In this document: positions 37,655 through 50,668 of the stretch, one piece after another
How positions within the stretch are numbered: the stretch's first letter is position 1
Layout: every line of letters starts with the position of its first letter
NCBI GenBank assembly: GCA_043228905.1
Contig: JBHGNT010000001.1
Location: forward strand, 11,904,001 to 11,968,000
Source: Azolla caroliniana
Lineage: Eukaryota > Plantae > Polypodiophyta
Direction of reading: 5' to 3'
DNA: 64,000 bases
Program-made: the position numbers and the translations under genes
The notes under the pieces: generated by a model
What the model was told of the DNA's origin: nothing
The model's input: the letters and a program-made list of their open reading frames with translations, nothing else
The model's database searches: none

Positions 37655-40597
37655 TGTTTATGGGTGGGGGTTGGAGCCAAGATCGGCTCCACCCCCCTCC
37701 CAAGGGGGTTCGAGTGTGAGAGGAGAGAGGGAGAGATGAGATGCACAGAGAGAATGAATGAGAGAGAGAGAGAGAATCGAGACAGACACAATTTAGAGTA
37801 ACTTCGATATCATTTTTTCATGCCCCATGAGTGAGGATTTATATAATAGAAGATCTTTACAAAAAGCCGAATGGATGTAGGTATACCTACTTACCTCACC
37901 TAGCACTAACCCTCCCGTACACCTATACGGGTAACACCTGGCACACCCGTGGGACAGTGCATTGCACGTCGTACCCACAAGCCCATGCCAAAAACTCGTT
38001 GACCGGAAACTCCATCGGCCTTCTCTCGACGGTCAGAAATCCCTCGACCGGAACATTTCTCTACGATTGATAACTTCGATCGGAGCTGGCATGACACGAA
38101 CCTTCTCGTTCGGTTAGAATAACGCACGATTGGATCACACACCAATCGGCTTGTCCATTGTGATAAAGTCGTTCAAGGTTTAAAAATGATTGTGGGTGTA
38201 AGTGTATACATATATTTTTTCTACATTGGTGTGAGTGGTGATAGGTTTTTGTTCCATCAATTTTTCGAAATTCTATCTCGTACCCCTCAGTTGTTGAGAT
38301 TCTAGTAGCTGCCCTTATATTTTTGAAATTTATTTACTATACTTTGGTTTTCGAAATTTTTTGTCATGCCCTCGTCTAAAATTCTTGGGGATGCCTTTCC
38401 TTTTCTCTTCGTCTTTTTAGGTTTCAGTTTCTTCTCTGCCCTTTTCTTTCTTTCTTCTTTCTTCTTTCTCTTCTCCTTCTCTATCTCTTCTATCTCTGTT
38501 GCGACAGAAACGATGCTTTGTTCTCTTCTTCTTCCTTAGTTTTCTTGGTTCAATCATCTTTTGCTCCATCTATAGTCTCAATCGAATGTCTGTATGTCTC
38601 TCTATGTAGGTCCTTTCTTCTTCGCTTCTTCTTTCTGCTGCTCCATCTTCGCTTTCCCTCCCTTCTTCTCTTGTTGTGTGTTGTTGTTCTTCTTTGCATC
38701 CACTTGCAGCAACCACTGCATCTTCCATGACTCCAACTCATTCTTCCTCTTCTTGTTGTTCGTTTGCTTTTGTTTTTTTTATTTATTTTCCCCTTTTTTT
38801 GGCGGTTGGCTGCTCCAATTTTCTGTCTATCGGCCAGCTTGTTGGCTGTCTGTGGCCTATCTGTTGACTTCCTTTGTTCGACGGCCGTCGTCGTCTGTCC
38901 GGCCATCGCATTTCTCGGTAGTAGCCATTCGCGGCCGTCGCTTGGCTCTCGGCCGTCCTTTCAGCCGTGCTAGTGCTTGGCCAATTGTCCCTCAGCAGCT
39001 CCTATTTGGCTGCATCTCGGCTTCTCGGCCGCGGTTGGGCCGTCTCTCGGCCTATTCTCGATGCTCGACCGTCGCTTTCGGCCATATATTGGCTGACGCT
39101 CGACCATGGCTTGGCCGACTCTTAGCTTCTCGGTCGCTTTCTCAGCTGTGGCTGGGCCGAATCTCAGCCTCTCGGTCATGGCTAGACCATCTTGTGGCCG
39201 TCGCTCAGCTATGAATTGGTCGTGACTCGGCTTCTCGACCGATTTTATGGTTCACAACCGCTTTCTCGGCCGTGCTTGGGCCGACTCTCGGCTTCTCGGG
39301 CCATGCTTGGCTGACTCTCGGCTTCTCGGCCATGGTTGGGCCGTCTCTTGACTTCTCGACCCTCTCGCGGCCGTGTCCTGGCCACATCTCGGTTGTTTCT
39401 TTGTCGGTTGTCGAACAATCTGCATGGCTAGTTGCAGCCATCCGACTGCTGACTCAGTGCGCTGGTCGTCTTTATCCACCAGCCGACTCTCTGTCCGTTT
39501 GGCTCTTGTTGTCGATGGAAATAAACAAAGCATGTGTTTTCTCCTCAATATTGAACCTTATACACCTTAGGTTTTGTTTCTTCTTCCCTTCCAGTGTATG
39601 GTTAATGATACTTGATACAAATAGAGCAATGTAGCCTCTTTTATTAGGACATATGACCAGCTCCTTATCTAGAAAATTTGTAAAGAGTAAACCCATAATA
39701 ATGCTAACTCTATCATCTCTGTTACTCTTTTACGTTTTCTCATATAATCTACATCACCTATAATCTACGACAATGGTTAAATACTTGATCTCACTATCCG
39801 GTTCCACCACAAACCCTTCATGAGAATCAAAGAAGACCATTAATGGAGCACAAGCACTCTGTCAATACATCATTACACATCGATCATATGCAGCTTTATC
39901 TTCCTTGCTCATGATCTGCATTCCTCTTTTCTGTAAACTTGAATCATTGGCAAATCTTGGCACTAAACCAGATATAGAAGTGATTTCACCACTTTATTCC
40001 AGAATAGGTTCGTTATGGCTATTGTTGTCATTTCCTTCAAACTCTGCCATGGACCTCTTGATGGAGAGATTTAGAAGGTGTTTGATTGTTAGTTTCTTGC
40101 AATTTATTAATTTTTGAATCTGCTTCTTCCTCCTCCTACATACAAGCAATAGAGTGGCACAAACACACACAACATAAAGATGAAGACCTAGAGACACATA
40201 GGGGAACAAAGAGGGAAAGAGAGACTTCTGCTCAAGGGGGGTAGGCCGTAGGTCGTGCCATGTGTTTATGGGTGGGGGTTGGAGCCAAGATCGGCTCCAC
40301 CCCCCTCCCAAGGGGGTTCGAGTGTGAGAGGAGAGAGGGAGAGATGAGATGCATAGAGAGAATGAATGAGAGAGAGAGAGAAAATCGAGACAGACACAAT
40401 TTAGAGTAACTTCGATATCATTTTTCCATGCCCCATGAGTGAGGATTTATATAATAGAAGATCTTTACAAAAAGCCGAATGGATGTAGGTACATCTACTT
40501 ACCTCACCTAACACTCACACATTCACATTTCATATTACACCTCACACACCACCTTCCACATTACACCTACCCCTCCCGTACACCTATACGGGTAACA
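37655..40597. mobile_element. Non-autonomous LTR element E (Tat/Retand-like?) nested in the 5' LTR of F
   Basis: LTRs 37655-37936 and 40263-40597 (TGTT..AACA); TSD GCGCG; tRNA-Arg-like PBS TGGCACACCCGTGGGAC at 37939-37955; no gag/pol recognised; orientation ambiguous. Confidence 0.9.
38870..39400. repeat. Degenerate ~28-bp GC-rich tandem array inside element E
   Basis: Recurrent ctctcggcttctcggccg/atggttgggccg units. Confidence 0.7.
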
Positions 40598-42777
40598 GCG
40601 CGCAACACCGACACAACACACGCCTCTTATGTATAGGAAACAAAGGGAAAGAAATGCACCCGACACCAACAGAGACACAAATATGCACAACCCTTTATAT
40701 ATTTGATTACAAGAGTGAGTTACAACTCCGGCTCCGAGCCGGACTGAGGTAGGCTAGGTCACAACAGCAGTCTGCCGCCAAGCTGCAGTCGGGGAGCTCT
40801 CAGGCTCATCGCACCTAGCGGGGTCTTACACAGGAGGCCGAGCAGAAGTAAACCCCCACAGAACATACAAGCTCTTCACCGGGCTAATACCCTAAACAGA
40901 CATGAAGGGGTAGAAGAAGAAGAAGAAACCAAGAAGAAACCCTAAAACAAAATAGGGTGAAGACCAAAGTACAAACCCTAAGGGAACAAGAATAAGATGA
41001 AGAGGAAGGTACTACCAAACCCTAGACCTAAGTGGTGTACCCTCCTAACTCAAAATGGGCAACCCCTTTTACAAAGGCCACTCCCTTCCTTTTATAGAAC
41101 AAGGAGAGGGATGCGTAACAATGTGGGATAAATCCTCCCCCTTATTCTATACACCGTTTCCTACTATACATGCGCACATGTTGCACACCACCGACTTGCC
41201 CGTTCCACCCCGGTTTCACACTATAGCCGGAAATCTTCACGACATCATGATCTCCTACTTTGTACGATGAGAAGCACTTCCGATCGAGGGTCAGATGGAA
41301 CAACGCGCCAGAGTCGACCACCCATGTCATTTCGTCGCAAACAAGATGCAGCTCACTCTCCTCGATGATTAGCAGCAGTTCTTCTTCACTTGTTGCAATC
41401 GTTGACATTCCTCTCCTTTCCGAAATCTTCTTCGAATTCCGGAATGTCGGCTCCCCCTTTGGATTTCCGAAAGTGTCGACAATTCTTCTAGAAGCGCCCA
41501 GGCTTTCCGCAATAAAAGAAAGTGGGCCTCCCACTTGACTTTGACCTCGTCCCCGATTTGTTGCGGTTTTGGGGACTCTGATTCCAATCTCTTGCCCAGT
41601 TATGGTCATCTTTCGTGACCAAGGCCTTCGGATCGATTCCGGACTCCCGGTCCTTCTGGCAAGCTTGACTTTACCCTTGCCAGGGACAACTGTCTTCCTT
41701 CCGGCCTAGCGTTGCCCAAAGTGACCACTAGCGTCTCCCAACTATCCGGGAGGGAACCAAGCAGGAGCAACGCAAGTACCACGTCGGCCAAAGGTACTTC
41801 CAGCGAGGTTGTTTGATTTATGAGCCCCTGGAAAGCATTCATGTCCTCTGTCATGTTGGATCCGTCTTGGTATCAGAGTCTCACTACCTTATGGAATACC
41901 AAAACCTGATTTATGGTGTTTTTACTCTCCATCATGGTACCGATTTTCTCCCATAGCTCATTTGCCTTGTTCTCTTCATTGAAGTTATTGTACAGGCTCA
42001 TGTCGAGGAAGCATCTTATGTATGTTGTCGTAGTCATATACATCACCTCCCAGGTCGCGGCATCAATCTTGTCTAGCTTCTTGTCTCCGAACAATACCGA
42101 AAGCCAGAGATCTTTGACCACAACCATGTCGCTCATGTTCGACTTCCACATTGGGTAGTTGGATCCGGTGAGCTTGAACATGCTTCCGAATGACTCTTCG
42201 ATTTTTCTTTCTTTGTTTGAAGTTTACAACTTCGCTCTGATACCAAATTGAGAGGAAATAGTGCTCGGCCACAACCAAGTCTTAAAATCACAAGGAAAAA
42301 AACAGGAAAATAGGAATAAGACGATTAGTGCACTTACGCTGGATGAGACAACACTAGATGTTTATGTGGAAAACCCTAATCGGGAAAGACCATGGGAGCC
42401 CACAAACTCCAAACAAAATCACTATAGAGAGGGGTACAATAGAGTGAGACTCAAAGGCAACGACCTCAAGCTCTATGTCTTCGCAAACCGGTGGTTAGAA
42501 CAGAAAAGCTTTCTACATCTCACACACACTCTCTCTCTCTCTCACGTTCTCTTTGTGTCTCTACAACAATATCTCTACACACACACATTAAAGTGATTTC
42601 CCTAAGTCATATTTATACTTATATGACTTTAGGACTATTTACAAATATGGCCATGAGAGGCACACTAGAAACATATTTACAGATATGTCCCTGAATCCGG
42701 TTCACACTGAATCCTTCCTTCGGCATTGTCCGATCCGGCTCCTCCGGTTCTCATCTGGAGGGACCGAATTCCCAACA

Positions 42778-44510
42778 GTTTCAACTTCCATGAGATTGCT
42801 CCATTGCTGAATTTGTAGAAGTATCCGTTCGTTGACTTTCGGTTATCCACACAGTCGACAAAGTCTGAGTTGGTGTAGCCGACTACGCCTCCGACGAGGA
42901 TGCCAAGGTCTTGTGTGCCCACCAGATCTCTAAACACATGCTTGATTGCATTCTAGTGCGATCGGCCAGGGTTGTGCATGAATTTTTTGACAACTCCTAC
43001 AATGTGAGCAATATTAGGCAATGTTGCGACCATCACATACATTAAAGACTCGACTACCAATGTGTATGGTACCGACTTCATGTCTTCCCCCTCTAGACTG
43101 GATGTCGAATAGTCTTGTTGAGACAGCCGAAGGTTAATGGGGAGCGGGGTCGAAGCAAATTTGGCGGAGTGCATGTTGAAGCATTCCAATACACATCTTA
43201 TGTAGTCGTCTTGAGAGAAACCTAATTGTCACTGATTCTGGAGTCGACTAATCTTCATTCTGAGTATGTGTCTTGCCAGACCGAGGTCATTCATGACAAA
43301 CTTCAACCGCAGTTGTTGAACGAGATCGGCGAGCTTTTGGGGATGTCGGCCGGAGAGTAGCATGTCGTCCACATCGAGGATGAGGAAGATGGGAGACCCA
43401 TCTTGTAGTGCTTTTAGAAGAGGCAATGGCTCTCATTGCTCTTGGAGAAGCCACCGATTGGATGAAATCGTTGAACTTCTTATACCGTTGTCAGGGACCA
43501 TGCCGGAGACTCTTCTTGAGTCGGCAGACTAAACATTCAAGGCCGGTTTCAATGAAGCCTTTCGGTTGTTTGATGTACATTTTTTTCTTCTAGGTCACCG
43601 TGAAGGAATGTCGTATTTACGTCTAGCTAGATCAGCTCCAAGTCCTCGGCTGCTAGTACGCCGAGTAAGAATCGAAGGGTCGTCATTTTCACCACTAGTG
43701 AATAAAATTCGTCGAAATCGATATCGTATTCCTGTCGGAAACCCTTCATGACTAATCTGGCTTTATACTTGGGACATGTTGGATCTGACATCTCTTTGAG
43801 TCGATAGACCCATTTACACAAAAGAGCATGTCTATTTTTCGGCAATTCTACGAGGTCCCAAGCCTAATTATGCCGGATGGAGTTCATCTCGGACTCCATT
43901 GCCAGATGCCAAATGGCTGAATTGGTGCATGACAAAGCTTCTTCATAAATGTGACGTCCGCAAAAAAAGAGACTAGGAGAGTATCTCTCCAGTGGCTAAG
44001 ATAGTCGTTTGGTTTGTCTTGGGATGACTGGGCTCACCGGATCATCGTGGATGATCATCCCTTGAATAGCTCTTTGAGTTGGCTTGTCCCATAGAGGCAG
44101 ATTGCCATGTTTCCGCTCTAGCATTTTCGTCTTTCAAGAGGAGTCAAATCATCCGAAAAAGTGACTCGTCTGACTTCGATTGGCCTTTCGGTCGGCTTGT
44201 GCATCTCCGACTCATTGAAAATGACATCTAAACTTCAAACTACTTCTGTTTTCAGGATCCCAGAGTCGGTAGCCGAATTCCTCGTATGATCCATAACCAA
44301 GGAAAGTACATTTCTTGAACTGCAGCTCAAGCTTTCGGCGATCATCCCTTGGCACAAGTGTGAAAGCTTCACAACCAAAAATCCATAGCTTCTCATAATC
44401 TGCCCTTTGCCCGGTCCATAGCTCATGTGGGATTTGCAATCCTAGATGCCTACTTGGCGACATATTGATTATGTGCAAGTAGTGAGTAGCACCTCTACCC
44501 AGAAACCATT
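42778..44510 (-). mobile_element. Degenerate copia G internal fragment (integrase end, RT, part of RNase H)
   Basis: CKWVYRLK..YKARLV, DVDDML, RKSTNGY..GAISW and FGCEAF..GYRLWDP. Confidence 0.88.
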
Positions 44511-44524
44511 TGTAAAGAATCGAT

Positions 44525-44576
<52 letters not shown>

Positions 44577-45804
44577 AGAAGAGGAGAGGAGAGAGAGACA
44601 CAAGATAGATAGAGTGGAAAATAGAATAGTCAAAAAAATTGTATATTACAAAGGAGATTAACTGACCCATTACAAAGTAGGAGGAGGATAACTTTATATA
44701 GTCACCCTCTCTCTTCATGAACTACCGAAGCTCATCGGTCATAGTGAATGTGGAAACTCATTAGTTATGTGTCATAGAATATGATTCTATGACACATAGT
44801 TAATGCTACAAAAGTAGTGGTGATTTTTGACCTTTCATTTTTCATGCACTCTCAAAGGTGTGCTCACACACTAGACTAGGTTGAGCTTGATTTTCAACAC
44901 GCCCCCTCAAGCTCAACTTGGATTGTCTCCTTTCGGTTGATGTCCGCTTCGGCTTATCTCCGGTTCGTACAACGTCTAGTTTGTACTCCCCCTCAAGCAA
45001 AGCAAGTCAGGGATTGTTAGTCCAAGGTCTAACATGAATTGTCGAAGATTGTCGGGTTCTAGGGAATTGGTGAAGATGTCGATCGTCTGTAGATTTGTGT
45101 TGATGTGTTGGAGGTCGACATCTCCAGCTTGAACACGCTCTCGAATGAAGTGATAGTGCCCTTTGATATGTTTCGTGCGTGCCTGGAACACTGGGTTTCC
45201 GGGCTCATGTTGTCGCAATAAAGCGGAATCAGATCCTTGATGGGAATGCCCAGATCCTTTAGTATCCTCTTGAGCTATACGGCTTCACATGCAGCCACCG
45301 TTGCGCCCCTGTATTCGGCCTATGTGCTCGAAAGAGCGATGGTTGGTTGCTTCTTGCTACTCCAGGAGATGGCTCCATTTGCAAGGGAGAAGACAAAACC
45401 AGAGGTTGATCGTTGATCAGCTTTGTAGCCGGCCCAATCGGCATCTGTGTACCCATTGAGTCGAATTGGTGTGACCGATTTGTATAGAATGCCACAATCC
45501 ATTGTGCCGCTCACATATTGTAACACTCGCTTAGCGCAATCCAAGTGAATGTCGCGTGGTGTTTGCATAAATTGTCTAAGGAAACCAATCAAGTGATAGT
45601 GAGATAGATGAGGCTCCCGATCAGTTGTCAATACTGAGTCGGCTCACACTCTTCTGTGTCGGAGTTGACATGTAGCTTCAGGTTCCGATCGAGAGGGTTT
45701 GCCACAGACTTACACTCAGTCATCCCGAACTTGTACAACAAGTTACGGATGTAGTGTCATTGAGAGACCATAATGCTAAATGGAGTCTGAATTATATCGA
45801 TGGA
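44511..45804 (-). mobile_element. copia H: 3' LTR (44511-44899) plus RT/RNase H remnant
   Basis: TGTAAAG..TCAACA LTR, PPT cgccccctca, GYTDADWAG, ARTKHIKGHYHFIRERV, LRGSTN. Confidence 0.85.
44526..44573. repeat. (TG)n microsatellite in the copia H LTR
   Basis: Perfect dinucleotide run. Confidence 0.95.
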
Positions 45805-45806
45805 TA

Positions 45807-46033
45807 GGCCGAGGCCGAAACCGGATGAGGAGTACCCGGCTACGGAGAGCCGGATGGTGTAGACCCGGTATGAACTGGATGAAGAGACATATTCGTAAAT
45901 ATGTTTTCTGAGAGTTCATCGAGGCTATATTTGTAAATAGCCGAAAATTCATATTAGTATAAATATGACTTAGGGCAAACTTTTAGTTGTTGTTGTCATT
46001 TTCTGTTTTGCACGAGATTAGTGTGCGTAACTG

Positions 46034-46077
<44 letters not shown>

Positions 46078-46350
46078 GGTCGTTGCCTCTGTTGTAACCG
46101 CTGCCTATGGCGAAGATCGTGAGCACGAGGTCGTTGCCTCCGTGAACTCACTGTTTGTACATTCCAATATAGTGATAGTTTGCAGCCTGTGGGCTGCCGT
46201 GGTTTTTCCCTCAGTTTGGGTTTTCCACGTAAACATCCTGTCTATCTTTTTCTCTCCTTTGTGTCGTGCATTTGTTTCCCGTTTCCTGTGTATGAAAAGA
46301 ATCTCGGTTGTGGCCGAGCGTTGGACATAAGGAGCGTTGGGTTCCCGTCA
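45807..46350 (+). repeat. 5'-truncated LTR of the copia D family
   Basis: Matches 25176-25918 with a single repeat unit; ends CCCGTCA followed by AGTGG (start of the PBS). Confidence 0.9.
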
Positions 46351-47783
46351 AGTGGAAAGACTATTCTAGTAATAGTATATTGAAGTAGTTATTTGGGATT
46401 GTTACTCTTGGAGTATAAGAAGATTTTATTCTTTTCTTAATAATATATTCAAGTATTCTTTTCTCTTCCTCTTCTCTTCTCTATCATTTTTCTCTCTCTC
46501 TCTCATCATTTTGGCACTCCAAGGAGGGCCGATCCTTTCCGTATAATGGGAGGAACAATCGTCCACTCTTTGATGGTTGGATCTACCGATTCATCATGAA
46601 ACTGATGGCAAGATATGGAGTTCGTGATGCGACAAATCTACGAAGAAAACTTTTCCAATTGTGTATGGTTTCATCAATGTGCTACCTCGAGCATGAGAAG
46701 ACGTTTTTGGATCTATGGTCCAGTTGGATTCGACTTGTTGGAGGCGTTGAAGATGTATACTTCAAGATGAAAAGATTCAAAGCAAGGTTAGATCCATATT
46801 TTCAATATGAAGTGCATATGAAGTACCCAAGGTCTTTCCATGATTTGCTTCGAGTATGTCAAAGTTATCATCAACAATTGAAGAAGGTATTATTCGTTGA
46901 ATCATATGGAGTATCGACGTCATATACCATAAATTCAAGCTATGATAATTGTGGATCAGTCAAGAGCCAACAACCAACATACTTGCAATGTCCGATTCAA
47001 CAGGTTCCCTCATATCATTAATCTATTTTTTGGAATTATGATTATGTCTATGAAGGTGATTCTAGAGACAAAGAAGAAGAGGTGATGAATGTGGAGTTCC
47101 CCCATCTAGTTCATGAGGACAACCATGATATAAAGAGTGATTATGTGAAAGACGAATCCAAGGAGAGTTTTATGAGAAGCGATGTTATGGATGGTGATGC
47201 CAATGTACATCATGTTGAGGACATTATTGATACAACAAGCGATATGGTGGTTGATGATGAATATGTGCAAGATGAAATGGAAGATATGACAGAAAAAGTT
47301 GTTGATGGTGAAGTACCCACAACGGAGTTGCAAGATGAAGAAGGTAACCTCGAAGTGATAGCTAGAGATTGGATTTTGGAGATCAATGCGTGTAAGGAAG
47401 CATTGGTAAGTGCCAAGTTCAAGTGTATGAAGGTGTTCGTGCAAGATTTGTGTTTTGGATTTGCATTGAGTAGCAACAAAGTTATGTGGGCATCAACTCT
47501 TCAACAACAATTTGATCAAGAGCCAAGGTGTATCACTTTATCACGTATACATCATCAAGTTATGAAGGATAAATATTACTCTTGGAAGTGCATGCCGATT
47601 GTTCTTCTACTGAGATGTGGTGCATGGAGTATTCTAATCATCATTGTAGTTGACCTCGTGAAGAAAAAACCAAAAGATTGGAGGGTCATGATTTGGAGTT
47701 TCCATTGTTCCCAACAAGGTCCATGTATTCAAAGTGTGGAAGGTGTGGCAAAGATGTATGAACAAAAAGTTCAAGTGCATGAT

Positions 47784-50612
47784 TGTTAAGTGACAAGCTC
47801 AACATTGGGTGCATACTATGGTGCGTAAACCGCGAGGCCGTTAGTATGGTATTCCTCATGAGGAATAATTTTGGGAGTTAGTGTAGTAGGCTCAATTTTA
47901 TGAGCAATCAAGTACTGTCAGTACTTGTGTCAGCCCAATTGTCAGGGCTTGTATAAAAGGTGCTCATTGAGCACGATGTATATACAAAGCGTCATTATTT
48001 TGAAATAGATGTAAGTTGTTTGCTCTCTCTCTGTCTCTCCATCTCCATCTCCATCTCCATCTCCATCTCCATCTTTGTGTTTCCTGAGTTTACTGAACTG
48101 TCTTTTTTTCAAACTGTGTACTCTGTGTTTATGCACACGCTTCCGCACACATATTCTTTACATGGTATCAGAGTGCGAGGGTTGAAGTCCTCTACAACCG
48201 ACAAGAAAAGCTTGCGACAAAACATAGTTGAAGTTGTTCTTCAGTTTTTTTTCGAAAAAGGAAAAAGATAACAATATGGACAAAGGTATGGGAGGCTCGC
48301 TACTAACTCAAAAGCTTGATAGGAGCAACTATGCATCTTGGTCGTACAAGATGCACCAGTACCTGCTCGGTCACGGCTACTGGATTTATGTCAAAGGAGC
48401 TAATGATGTAGCACCCGATTCAACACACAAAGATTTCTCGGCTTGGGAACAAGCGGCAAGCAGAGTTCTCTACTGCTTTGCATTCTGTCTGAGCGACCAA
48501 CTATTGAACTATATTCAGGATGCTAAGATGCCAAAGGACGCGTGGGCGAATCCCAAAAAGCTTTTCGCCACAAGCACAACGGCTAGGAAGTTGCAGCTCA
48601 AGTAGAAGCTCAACAATGTCCGGTAGAAAGATTTGTCTGTGGTCGATTACACGGCCCGAATCAAGGAAATCTGTGACTCACTCACCTCCGTCAATGTGAA
48701 CGTGGAGGAGGACGAGATGGTGCAAGTGTGCCTTGGCGGGCTAGCATCCATGTTCAGAGCTTTCCGAACGACGTTCTGTACGAGGGAGAATACGCCTTCG
48801 TTCTTCGAGCTTCAATCAATGTTGCTCGTGGAGGAAAATCACGCGGGTGCGTCGACGAGTACGCACGCTGACGACAAGATGTTGTACACGGAGGAAGATA
48901 GGCCCCGTGTTTGTGGTGGAGGAGGTGGATCAACGCGCAATGGTGGCGGCCGACAAGAGCAGAAGAAGCAGCATAATCGAAATGTTGATAGCAGTTCCAG
49001 ACCCTCCACAAGCAGGGGGAGTCTTGGCAACGCCGGAAGCCGGCAAGAGAAGGCCGCGTCGGAATGCTGGTATTGTGGCAAGAAAGGCCACAAGGAGAGA
49101 GAGTGCTAGAAAAAGAGAGCCGATTTAGACAAAGCTAGATCGAGCCAAAAAGACAAAGAGAGGCGTCAGAGATCGCACTACACAGAAGGCTCTAAATGAG
49201 CTGGAAACAAATCGGGCCCAGCCTTCGTAATGAAGCATAAGGCCAATTCTATTGCCGTGAACACCTCGAAATCGAGCAAGGTGTGGTATGTTGATTCCGG
49301 AGCGTCAAAACATATGACGAGTCACGAGGAATGGTTCTCGTACTTGGAGAAACCGGAATCGCAAGGAGTGGTCGAAACGGGAGATGACACTCCGCATACC
49401 ATTGAACATGTTGGCGAAGTTCCCCTCAGCCACATCGGGCAGAAAGGGAAGCTCATGAACGTGTTACACGTCCTGACAATAACGAAGAACCTGGTGTCGG
49501 TCGATCAGATTGTCGACTAGGGAATACAAGTTCGATTCATGCATTTCGGCTACTTCATAGAAGAGGAAGGCAAAGTAATCGCGCAAGGGCACCGTGAAGG
49601 GAGGATGTTTATCCTCGAAACCAACAATGTGGGCTCTGCTATGTACGCGAAAGGCCAAAAGGTCGAATCGGATATCGACCTATGGCGCAAGCGATTCGGC
49701 CACGTAAATTTCCCACGGCTTCGTGAGATGCAGACGAAGAACATTGTTTTCGGCTTGCCGAAATTCCGGGGCCGTAATGGCCAAGTCTGCAAAGCCTGTC
49801 AGATGGGAAAACAACACCGACTCCCATTCCCCAATGAGCGTAATCGTAGTCGAAGTCCGCTGGATTTGATCCATTTAGATGTGTGGGGACCGGCACAGAA
49901 CATGAGTCTCGGTGGAAGTTGTTACTTTGTAACCTTCATCGACGACTTCACTCAGCACACGTGAGTATGCACAATCACGAAGAAGAGCGAAGTCTTCGCA
50001 TGTTTCCTGAAGGTGAAGAGCCTTGCGGAAAGGGAAATAGGGCGTAAGATCAAATGCCTATGGTCTGATGGCAAGAAGGAGTACTTCTCCGACCAGTTCA
50101 CAAGTTATCTATAGAAGGAGGGAATTCCACACGAATTCTCGTGTAGATACACGCCGCAGCAGAACGGCGTGGCCGAGCGGAAGAATTGGACAATCGAAGA
50201 AGCAGCCAGGGCAATGCTTGAAGAGAATCATATGCCGAAATTCTATTGGGCTGAAGCCGTGAAGACGGCTATCTACATACAGAATCAGACTTCTACTAAT
50301 GGAGGAGTGTCGCCACATGAGTTGTATTTCAGGAAGAAGCCGAACTTGGCACACTTGAGGATTTTTGGTAGCATTGCATATGTGCATGTGATGAAGGAAA
50401 AGAGGAGGAAGTTGGATGCCAAAGACGAAAAGTGCATCTTAGTTGGCTATCCAGATGATTAGAAGGGGTATAAATGTTATAACTCCCAAAAAACGGAAGT
50501 ACACATAAGTCGAGATGTTGTGTTCGCCTACATTCATGGCTGCTCGGTAGATCCACACAACAATATCACTCACAGAGAAACATCAGAGTTGAGAGAGAAC
50601 GAAAGAGACAGT

Positions 50613-50668
<56 letters not shown>

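Larger units (their letters stand above)
32366..41244 (-). mobile_element. Non-autonomous gag-only Ty3/gypsy F (tRNA-Trp primed)
   Basis: LTRs 32366-33197 and 37462-41244 (split by E); Trp PBS 37440-37457; gag start VERVVERVSRFNRDNIPFYLEAYNAE homologous to gypsy A gag; no pol motifs seen; flanks CCGT/TCAT (decayed 4-bp TSD). Confidence 0.88.
24813..42777 (-). mobile_element. Ty1/copia C (Tork-like), 3'-truncated, interrupted by D and F
   Basis: 5' LTR 42249-42777, iMet PBS 42234-42245, gag/protease 41245-42200, integrase 30801-32365, start of RT 24813-25115. The reading frame rejoins across both insertions (GDH|GSVRMGNEG; ALR|NKWVYKLK). Confidence 0.88.
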
